Positions 1 through 8,652 of a DNA stretch of 9,959 nucleotides are shown one piece after another. Both the position numbers and the translations under genes were made by a program. The stretch lies in NCBI RefSeq assembly GCF_006345805.1, contig NW_021827715.1:1-9959 (forward strand), written 5' to 3'. Under the pieces are notes generated by a model. The model saw only the letters and a list, made by a program, of their open reading frames with translations, was not told where the DNA came from and ran no database searches. Every line of letters starts with the position of its first letter. Position 1 is the stretch's first letter. This DNA is from Octopus sinensis (taxonomy: Eukaryota).

Positions 1-164
1 AAATCCTTTCTAAAATATGTAAATATGTACGGAAAAATATATTCGTATCAAAGTAGCAAATAGAATATTAAAAATTGATAAAAACAAAATTGTTACAAAA
101 TTTTATCTAAAAAAAAATTATATATTATTTCAGTGCAAAGGGGAGTTCACAATTAGTCTGTATG

Positions 165-400
165 TAGACGTAACTAAAAGGATAGAGCTAACGTTCTAAA
201 TTACCTAATTGTTGGAATAGAAAGCAAATGAAATGACTAGACGTAAATTAAAGGATAAACTAATATTTTCAGGTATGTAATTGTTGGGGAGACTATGAGT
301 AAATGGCATATATAGTCGTAAACTAAAGAAAAGATTTAAGGTTTTATAGTATTTCATTATTAGGACGGACAGCAAATGAGACATCTAGACGTAAATTAAC
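165..400. repeat. Degenerate tandem repeat, ~73-75 bp unit, about 3.2 copies
   Basis: Anchor TAGACGTAA/TAGTCGTAA recurs at 165, 238, 313 and 386 (spacings 73, 75, 73). Internal motifs also recur: TAATTGTTGG in units 1 and 2, AGCAAATGA in units 1 and 3, AGTAAATGG in unit 2. Confidence 0.75.
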
Positions 401-1415
401 GGCTTGATGTAGCTGATTGCTTGGCCTATATGCTTTACTACATTTACCAACAGCACTACACATTATATTATAGTACACTCGAAGGGTAGTTCAATTCTAT
501 TGGAGGGCGGTGAATTTCTTAGAAAAAATACAAAGAGGCTGGGTGAGTATTTCTTGAACTGCGAGTAGGAGTAATGGGGTAAAGCAGAATAGTGATAACA
601 AGAAAAGGAGAGATGATGGCATCGGTCTGTTGACGTTTTTTCTTAAGGGCCCTAGATCAGCCCTGATCAAAAAGACATATCTATGACTCAAAACATTTCA
701 GCGGGAATGATCTTATGTGCCTTACCCTTGTTTTTAAACATTTTAATCAAAAAAGGAGGCCAATACTTATGTCTAATCCCCTGCTCTACTTGGAGTGCTA
801 GAGGTCCTTTAAACAGCTTCCGACAATCCTGGAAGAGTTTAGGAGAGTATTCTCAACCAGGTAACTAGAACCAAAGCTCGCAACGGGGTGAAATACTCTA
901 AACGTACCTAAGGACCAAGTGGTGGTGTTTAACCGGTCGACAGATTCAGTCTACCGTCCAACTAGGATATCTAGATTTGACCACAGTACACAAACAGGCG
1001 GGACAAATACCTTAAGACATCCGGTCCCATGCTTCTACAGTTCGCCCAAGCCTCCACCATGGGTTGGCACCATTGTTATACACCTCGAAAGAATGAAAGC
1101 AATGTTGACTTTGTATGAGATGGTAAGCCATAATAAGAAGTATAATTTGTATGTTATTTCTATCATGACTTGTGTCTAAGTGGTGGCTTGCTGGTGACCT
1201 CATTAAATGTGATATACATGGAGAGGAAAGACGAATTATAAGATTGCACCTTCCTGTTCATGCGGAATAGTTAACTCTTTATATATTATAACAAGAAACT
1301 TCCCACATTTAGCTACCACTACGTTGTGCTACATAATGATGTAACCCACCAAAGTATACTGTAGCTTACATCATTTCTGCATTACGAGCGCAATGATCTC
1401 CATTAACATAATCCC

Positions 1416-1491
<76 letters not shown>
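1416..1491. repeat. Perfect (CTA/TAC)n trinucleotide microsatellite
   Basis: Uninterrupted ctactacta... of about 25 units, followed by two copies of CATGTTCTACTA. Confidence 0.98.
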
Positions 1492-1635
1492 ATGTTCTAC
1501 TACATGTTCTACTATGTCACAACACTGCAATATTAATATCACTAAATAAATATTACAGCAATTTCAAAGACTTTTGATATCACATGCAATCAATATTATT
1601 GTGTATATACTATTAGTAAATACCATAATATTACT

Positions 1636-1828
<193 letters not shown>

Positions 1829-2051
1829 CTTGACTCGGAGAAATCAATATATATTAGATGCCGTGTTACGAATGCTAGAAATCAATATCTCTACATGTTA
1901 TAGTAGTACATAACTCTACAGTATTAATATATGTTCTACAATACCGCTACATAGTATAGCAGTACAATGCCATACAATGCTAGGAGCCCTTCTATAATAT
2001 AGTAAATACATTACAATAAAGTATTATATACACAATACGTTATAACACTTC

Positions 2052-2250
2052 TTGCTCTTTTTGTTTGTTTTAGGCGTAGGGCTGCGCTCATGCTTGGGCA
2101 ATGGCTTGGAGGCTTTAGTCCAAGAGATCGACCCTAGAACTACTTTTCTTTCTACGTCTGGTACTTATCTCACCGGGCTCTTCTGCAGAACGGCTAACTT
2201 ATTGGGACGTAAAAAATCAGCACTGGTTGTCAAGCGTGTGCACACAAGCA
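2052..2250 (-). mobile_element. Old, diverged 3' half of SINE family A (head absent)
   Basis: Colinear with 3480-3670: CATGCT..GCA, TTTAGTC.AA.A.ATCGACCC.AG.ACT, GTACTTAT, CTCTT.TGC.GAAC.GCTAA, GGGACGTAAA, GGTTGTCAAGCG. It then runs into a CA/AT microsatellite. Confidence 0.85.
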
Positions 2251-2264
2251 CACGTAGACGGTTA

Positions 2265-2493
2265 TGCACATGTATAAATACATGTATACGAACATACATA
2301 CTTGTATGAATACATACAATGCGTGCATACATAACTTCATATATACATACATACATACATACATACATATTATATATATATATATATATATAATATATAA
2401 TATATATATATATACATACACACACATACCATCACACATACATACATATATGTATATATGTATATGTATATGTATATATATATTATATACACA

Positions 2494-2545
<52 letters not shown>

Positions 2546-2562
2546 CATATATATATACATAC

Positions 2563-2597
<35 letters not shown>

Positions 2598-2604
2598 TAA
2601 TATA

Positions 2605-2648
<44 letters not shown>

Positions 2649-2690
2649 TTGTGTGTGTATAAATAGATAGATAAATATAGATAGAGATAT
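2265..2690. repeat. Long compound microsatellite (TACA)n/(AT)n/(GT)n/(TAGA)n
   Basis: Directly visible. It gives rise to the overlapping YIYI/THTH ORFs in the track. Confidence 0.97.
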
Positions 2691-3472
2691 ACACTTATGC
2701 ATAGGTCAAAAACAAAAAGTAGACAACGCGGAAGGGGCAAATTTTAAATGTTATATTAATTAAAATATTTTACAAGACGAAAGGTGACCGTGACTTCGAA
2801 ATTTCCTCCTGCTGGTAATGAGTTGCATCTGTTTACATTCTAAGTGCAAATCTCGACGGTGTCCATATTGCATCTCATCCTTTAATAGTCAACGAAGTAA
2901 GTTATACCTTGAGAACTGGATAAACTGAATGTGTTTCCTGGAGTCTCCATAAAAAATCAATAGAAGTTATTTCTAATGCAAGAATAGGGCCAACAACTTT
3001 GTAGGGAGAGCCTCAGTTGACGTTTGTAATCCAAGGTTTCTTCTTCCCTTCCAAATCGCTTGCACAATGTTATAAGCACTGTGTTTCCTTTGAAAACCTA
3101 TTACCTCTAAGCCCTGTAGGTGTCGTAGTTCTGCAATCGTGTCATACAACGTGTCTTCGACATTTATAAAACTGGCATGCATCATCTCTCCCGGTCTTAA
3201 AACAAACAATGTTTTCCAGATGGAAGGACCAAAAGGGAGAAAGTTACGAAAAAAAAAAGAATAAATAAAAAAAGAGAGAAAAAGAGAATAGTCAACTCTA
3301 TACATACCTGGTGCTTCATTCATTGTCTCTAAAATGTTGAAACGCTAACCTAGGAAAACCTGATATTGGAGTGCAGAAATGAGGAACGATTACCGTAAAG
3401 CAATGAATATGACGCTGTAACGACTTCAATAATTGGCGGCTTGATTATTTACTATATAAAACTATTCTACTA

Positions 3473-3886
3473 TCTTTCTCTCTTTTACTTGTTTCAGTCA
3501 CGTGACTGTAGCCATGCTGAAGCAGCGCCTTTAGTCGAACAAATCGACCCCAGGACTTATTCTTTGTAAGCCTAGTACTTATTCTATCGGTCTCTTTTGC
3601 CGAACCGCTAAGTTACGGGGACGTAAACACACCAAAATCGGTTGTCAAGCGATGTTGGGGAGACAAACACAGACACACCAACACATACACACACATACAT
3701 ATATATATACATATACATATATACGACGGGCTTATTTCAGTTTCCGTCTGCCAAATCCACTCACAAGGCTTTGGTCGACGCGAGGCTATAGTAGAAGACA
3801 CTTGCCCATGGTACCACGCTGTGGGACTGGACCCAGAACCATGTGGTTGGTAAGCAAGCTACTTAGCACACAGCCATTCCTGCGCC
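3473..3886 (-). mobile_element. Full-length tRNA-derived SINE, family A (CORE-like, octopus type)
   Basis: Minus strand reads GGCGCAGGAATGGCTGTGTGCTAAG (A-box-like), GGGTCCAGTCCC (B-box-like), CCATGGGCAAGTGTCTTCTAC (CORE-like), an internal AT/GT microsatellite, a 3' body, the palindrome CAGTCACGTGACTG and an A/G-rich tail. Closely matches 7115-7564 and 8868-9270 in opposite orientation. Confidence 0.93.
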
Positions 3887-3889
3887 TAT

Positions 3890-3893
3890 AAAA
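3890..3893 (-). terminator. Possible Pol III terminator (T4) of the tRNA-Asp locus
   Basis: TTTT on the minus strand 10 nt after the discriminator base, the usual position for tRNA genes. T4 is also common by chance in AT-rich DNA. Confidence 0.45.
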
Positions 3894-3902
3894 TATACAT
3901 GC

Positions 3903-3969
3903 CTCCCGGGCGGGGAATCGAACCCCGGTCTCCCGCGTGAGGGGCGGGGATACTTACCACTACCGAGGA
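3903..3969 (-). pseudogene. tRNA-Asp-derived pseudogene (67 nt; anticodon GTC changed to CTC)
   Basis: Minus strand TCCTCGGTAG-----TGGTAAGTATCCCCGCCCCTCACGCGGGAGACCGGGGTTCGATTCCCCGCCCGGGAG aligns to the canonical metazoan tRNA-Asp(GTC). The T arm/B box (3914-3924) and anticodon stem CCCGC/GCGGG are intact. TATAG is missing from the D arm/A box, the loop is CCCTCAC instead of CTGTCAC, and the acceptor stem has one C-C mismatch. Confidence 0.92.
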
Positions 3970-4264
3970 TGACACGTATATATTCTGTACTAATGAAAGT
4001 AATTATATTCTTATAGTATTCTCCACCAATCTATCAAGCACATGAAAACACACTGATGGTGAATGACTACAAATCACGGAATAAATTGCTCAACGTACCA
4101 CACAGTTTACTTTCGATTTCTCAAAGAATGACCGCAAATTAATATAATAGAATAAAAGACTTGCTTCTTTCATGAAATTTGGTGTAAATACATTGTTTGT
4201 TTATATCGTTGTATGCTTATATTCCAAGTGCACGACTTCTATAGGCAATACAGACGCACAGTCC

Positions 4265-4350
4265 TGTAAACATATACACTCACAAACATACACAAACACC
4301 TTTACACACACCACACCATATTATATATAGGTATACAATCAATATATATG

Positions 4351-4389
<39 letters not shown>

Positions 4390-4705
4390 GGTACAATCAT
4401 ATATATATATGTTATATATATACATATACATGACATAAACGCACATATTTAAAATATATACATGCAGACGTATATCTGTTTATGTCCACATTTATACTGA
4501 AAAGTTATATATATTCATCTCCTCAATACACGTACGTATACACAATATGTATATATACAAAAACAAACATACCACACATATACACATAAAATATGCATTA
4601 CATACACACGTGAGTCCACAAATGCATACATATATACATCATACACACACTACATGATAATACATACATACGTATATACATACATACTTACAAATATACA
4701 CTCAT
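4265..4705. repeat. Degenerate AC/AT low-complexity tract with (AT)n core
   Basis: (AT)n at ~4355-4386 inside imperfect ACAC/ATAC runs. Confidence 0.85.
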
Positions 4706-5051
4706 ACGTAGTTGTCGTGCTGATGAGGAAAGAAGGATATTTACGGACAGCATCGAAACCATCAGCTTCTATACGCAATTTGCCAGTTCACACTTATACA
4801 ATTAATAATTACTGCACTTGGTTTTCGGAGTACATTCTTGAATAATAATGTGGATTAGCTAGAGTTTTCAGAAAAAGAAATCACAGCCAACTCGCACATT
4901 ACAAATACAATCTGTAAGCGGAACAGTGAAAATATGCAAGGCTTTTCTCAAGTTTAAACTGTAACACAGATGTGTTATCTACATTCCAGCGATAGAACAT
5001 CGTATCTTTGTTACAAAACACATCATTCTTTATAAGATTTCAAAAACTAGA

Positions 5052-5286
5052 ACATACATACATACATACATACATACATACATACATACATACATGCATG
5101 CATGCATACATACATACATACATACATACATACATACATACATAAATACGTGCATACATACATACATACATACATACATACATACATACATACATAAATA
5201 CATATATACATATATACATACATACATACACATACATACATACATACATACATACATACATACATACAAACATACATACATACATA
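5052..5286. repeat. (CATA)n tetranucleotide microsatellite, ~235 bp
   Basis: Near-perfect catacatacata with occasional CATG/CAAA/TATA variants. It abuts the LINE 5' truncation. Confidence 0.98.
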
Positions 5287-5287
5287 A

Positions 5288-6189
5288 TGCCTTGACCAAG
5301 TTTGCATACATGAGGCTGATAACATCATATGACTTGGAAGGTAGCTCTTTGAGCAACGCTCTTTGTCTGATAACCTAGAATACATGTCAAAAGCAGTCAC
5401 ACGGCTCTACCGCAATTTATTATCAGATGAAAGGATGATCCTGTATGAGCAGAAGACTATGCATGGATATGTTAGTTGAAAGCCCCGTGATATTGTAACA
5501 TCGATCATCAAAGCAGTTTATCATGGACGAATAGCCGGATTACTAACTCCCATTTTGAAGAGTATGCGTTTGCAATCCAGGAACAGGAAATATCAACCGA
5601 GTACCTGATGCAGAAAAGGGATAGAGATGCAGGTAAAGCCGTAAAGTATGACAATCGATGCAGACTTTGTGGAGTTCACACTGAAGATATCATCTACATC
5701 ATAAGCAGTTGTCCGAAAATGTCATCACGGTACTATCTATCGAGGAGACATGATGAAGCTAGGTCACTCTATAATGAAATCCGTCGGAAGAATAATCCCG
5801 AGGATAAATAAATAAGAACCCACAGTATGGTAGAGACTGTAGTCACTCATAATAAAAAGGCATACAGGTGGAATGAACCAGTGACGACCTCAATAAAATG
5901 TAAGCACAACAGACCTGATATAATGATTTGGGATAGAGATTAACTGTGCACAGTGGTGGAAATTAGCTGCCCAGCGGATGTTAACATAAAGCTGAAGATC
6001 AGTGAAAAAGAGAACACCTATGCTGAACTATTAAGACATCTGTAGTTACTCTATCTAGATTACAAGTTCAATCTTGAGAAATTAGGCTTCTCAAAACTAG
6101 AAAGGAAAAAGTTAATTCGAAGACTACAGATCCAATCCACCAGTGGAACTGTAAAAGTCTGTAAAACTTTCCAGAAGTTTATCATTTAA
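5288..6189 (+). pseudogene. Disrupted C-terminal part of LINE ORF (post-RT region, zinc knuckle, RLE domain)
   Basis: In-frame stops at 5330, 5342, 5477, 5809, 5941 and 6043, one frameshift near 5495, and a natural-looking stop TAA at 6187-6189. The RT catalytic region is absent. Track ORF 5608..5811 is one piece of it. Confidence 0.88.
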
Positions 6190-6301
6190 ATATATATGAG
6201 CATGTCTAGATAAGTAACTATATGCATGAGAATACATACATAAAGCAAAAAATCCATATCTGCACATATACATACATATATACATACATGCATACATACT
6301 G

Positions 6302-6538
6302 ACAAACAAAAATACCCTGTTGTTGATATTGAAATTCCAATGAAGGAGCCTTGGGTCTTGGTTAGAACCTGGCTCTTTCTCTATTGGCAAGAAATCTTGA
6401 AATAAAACTGAAAAATGACGTACACACAAACAAAAATACCCTAATGTTGATGTTGAAATTCCATTGAAGGAGCCTTCAATCTGTATTGGCAAGAAATCTT
6501 GAAATAAAACTGATCTTGAAATAAAACTGAACAATGAC
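6302..6538 (+). repeat. Tandem duplication of LINE 3' terminus (6302-6419 and 6426-6538)
   Basis: Both copies read ACAAACAAAAATACCCT..TGTTGAT.TTGAAATTCCA.TGAAGGAGCCTT...TATTGGCAAGAAATCTTGAAATAAAACTGA..AATGAC. Copy 2 also has an exact 17-bp tandem repeat ATCTTGAAATAAAACTG (6496-6512, 6513-6529). Confidence 0.95.
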
Positions 6539-6618
6539 ATACATACATACAGATATACACACATTACTCTCATGAAAAAAGTACAAAAACACAACCACTG
6601 TTATATATCCGTCTATAA

Positions 6619-6688
6619 TGTCTCTGTCTGTCTTTGTCTGCCTGATTGTCTGTTTGTCTATCTCTCTCTCTCTACACACACACACACA
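6619..6688. repeat. Compound (TCTG)n-like/(TC)n/(CA)n microsatellite
   Basis: Directly visible. Confidence 0.85.
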
Positions 6689-7114
6689 AAAACCCAAGTA
6701 TACATATCAAAGCTAAGATAAATATGGATGTGTTTACAGCATTCCCTTCATACGATGGTGACGCTGGAGGCAACCAATGTACATTTAGGAATATACTAAA
6801 TCGTCAGAAAAATGTCTCTATTGTATCGTCTGCATCATCATGTATAATTGCTTTAGTACTTGACGTCTGCCGACAGACTAGATACAGCAGATTATTTCTA
6901 CTTCACGTGTTTTTACCTTACTCGAAAACCTTTATCAACATACCAAAACGTTCTGTATATACACTATTAGAAAACCCACCAAACAATAAAAAACATAACC
7001 CAACATCATCTTGTGACTTCGATCTTAGAAGTAATGTTCCTATGTATATTTTCCAGCTGTGTTTGACGAAGCTGGTTGTGTAGAGAGATGATCCAACGTT
7101 GCCTCATTATTGAT

Positions 7115-7266
7115 GCGTGTGGTAAGTAGCTTGCTTACCAACCACATGGTTCCGGGTTCAGTCCCACTGCGTGACACCTTGGGCAAGTGTCTTCTACTGT
7201 AGCCTTGGGTGGACCAAAGCCTTGTGAGTGGATTTGGTAGACGGAAAGTGAAAGAAGCCCATCATA

Positions 7267-7307
<41 letters not shown>

Positions 7308-7564
7308 ATAGATTATATATATATTATATATAATAATGGGGGGGTATTTTGTGTGTCTATGTTTGTCCCCCAACATCGCTTGACAAACCGATGCTGGTGT
7401 GTTTACATCCCCGTAACTTAGCGGTTCGGCAAAAGAGACCCATAGAATAAGTACTAGGCTTACAAAGAATAAGTCCTGGGGTCAATTTGCTCGACTAACG
7501 GCGGTGCTCCACCATGGCCACAGTCACATGACTGAAACAATCAAAAAAGTAAAAGAGTAAAGAG
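7115..7564 (+). mobile_element. SINE family A, near full length (extreme 5' end lost or diverged)
   Basis: GTGTGGTAAGTAGCTTGCTTACCAACCAC, B-box-like GGGTTCAGTCCC (7154-7165), CORE-like CCTTGGGCAAGTGTCTTCTAC (7177-7197), internal (AT)n, 3' body, CAGTCACATGACTG hairpin and tail GTAAAAGAGTAAAGAG. Confidence 0.94.
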
Positions 7565-7565
7565 T

Positions 7566-7804
7566 TTTATGTTTTACGTTTTTTAGCCACTAGATTGCGG
7601 CCATGCTGGGGCATCTCCTTGAAGCGTTTCCGTGGAAAACAAAATCCACCCAAGGACTTAATGTTTAAACCCGGTACTTATTATAGCCTTCCCTATTGCC
7701 GCACTGTTCCATTACCAGCATGAGAACCAAATCACACCGGTTGTCAAGCCCTTGTGAGGGACAACCACAAACACAGGATAGATACATACGCACTCACACA
7801 CAAC

Positions 7805-7867
<63 letters not shown>

Positions 7868-8045
7868 CACACACACAACACACACTCACATAGACGGCGG
7901 GGGCCTTTCAGTTTCTGTCAACAAAAGCGACCGAGAAAGTGTTGGCCACTCGGGTCTGTAATGGAAGACATTTGCTCGAGATGCTGTTCGGTGGAACTGG
8001 ACCCAAACCACGTTGCTAGGGAGAAAGCTTCTCAACCACATAGCT
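7566..8045 (-). mobile_element. Old diverged SINE family A copy with internal (CA)n
   Basis: Colinear with 3473-3886: GGCCATGCTGG, CCCAAGGACTTA, GGTACTTATT, CCGGTTGTCAAGC, (CA)n at ~7790-7890, TTTCAGTTTCTGTC, GAAGACATTTGCTC, GGAACTGGACCCAAACCAC, AAGCTTCTCAACCACATAGC. Confidence 0.88.
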
Positions 8046-8118
8046 CTGAAGAAGACTGATAATTTTAATTAGCCATTCAGGAATACAGAGGTGAATAGAT
8101 CTATGGGTATGAAGATAT

Positions 8119-8186
8119 GCATGTGAGAAGCATGTATGTGTGAGAAGCATGTGTGTACGTTTGTACATGTGCATGTTTGTGAGAAA
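8119..8186. repeat. Short imperfect tandem repeat TGTGAGAAGCATGT
   Basis: Exact 14-mer at 8122-8135 and 8139-8152, with a degenerate third copy near 8178-8186. Confidence 0.7.
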
Positions 8187-8251
8187 ACAATTGCGGAGTG
8201 ATAAAAGTTTGTGGCAAAAACAGTTTATTTGTGAATAAAGCTCCTAATATT

Positions 8252-8652
8252 CTTTTCTAATCTAGGCACAAAGCCCGAAATTTTTTGGGAGGCGGGCCAG
8301 TCGATTAGATCGACCCCATTACGCAACTAGTACTTAATTTATCGACCCCGAAAGGATGAAACGCAGAGTCGACATAGGCGGAATTTGAATTCAGAATGTA
8401 AAGACAGACGAAATACCTATTTCTTTACTACCCGCAAAGGGCTAAACATAGAGTGGACAAACAAGGACAGACAAACGGATTAAGTCGATTACATCGACCC
8501 CAGTGCGCAACTGGTACTTAATTTATCGACCCCGGAAGGATGAAAAGTAAAGTCGATATCGGCGGAATTTGAACTCAGAACGTAGCGGCAGACGAAATAC
8601 TGCTAAGCATTTCCCCCGGCGTGCTAATGTGTCTGCCAGTTAGCCGCCTTAT
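8252..8652 (-). mobile_element. Dimeric tRNA-derived SINE, family B (Meta/MESC-like domain), with 14-bp TSD
   Basis: Flanked by exact AAGCTCCTAATATT at 8238-8251 and 8653-8666. Minus-strand head AAGGCGGCTAACTGGCAG, B-box-like GAGTTCAAATTCC, domain TTTCATCCTTCCGGGGTCGATAAATTAAGTACCAG and tail ATTAGAAAAG. Internal 118-bp direct repeat at 8299-8416 and 8483-8600. The domain name is from recall. Confidence 0.92.

Larger units (their letters stand above)
5287..6538 (+). mobile_element. 5'-truncated, decayed non-LTR retrotransposon with restriction-like endonuclease (R4/Dong-like), including 3' UTR
   Basis: Translation through stops: YEQKTMHGYV.../IDHQSSLSW...HFEEYAFAIQEQEISTEYL...CRLCGVHTEDIIYIISSC (CCHC knuckle, H replaced by Y)...RRHD...HNRPDIMIWDR...VVEISCPADVNI...EKENTYAEL...LQIQSTSGTVKVCKTFQKFII*. 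This is the knuckle-RHD-PD-(D/E)xxxP-K layout of RLE-clade LINEs. Clade assignment is from recalled motif style. Confidence 0.9.

Noticed and set aside
165-400. CRISPR-like array or LRR-coding exon
   Set aside because: Eukaryotic context, short degenerate anchors and inter-anchor sequences that resemble each other. The 73-bp period breaks frame and stops are frequent.
781-1080. Excess of TA over AT dinucleotides, suggesting reversed or complemented sequence
   Set aside because: Translating the reversed and the complemented sequence gave no long ORF or recognisable motif, and the sample is small.
3613-3891. ORFs 3613..3801 and 3652..3891 (and similar ones at 7194-7421, 7696-8059, 8694-9241)
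   Set aside because: They lie mostly or entirely inside SINE copies. Shared peptide motifs reflect the repeat, not a protein family.
3453-3897. TATAAAA on both sides of the SINE as a target-site duplication
   Set aside because: Short, AT-rich and not flush with the tail end; could be chance.
3903-3969. Functional tRNA-Glu(CTC)
   Set aside because: The body is tRNA-Asp, the D arm/A box has a 5-nt deletion, U33 is lost and the acceptor stem has a mismatch.
5030-5400. Four ORFs with MYVC/HTYI repeats
   Set aside because: Translations of the (CATA)n tract.
6124-6594. 156-aa minus-strand ORF with internal repeat
   Set aside because: Antisense to the LINE ORF end and 3' UTR; the peptide repeat comes from the duplicated terminus.
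6646-7083. 145-aa plus-strand ORF
   Set aside because: Starts in a microsatellite with a non-ATG codon, has no recognisable domain and no supportable exon boundaries.
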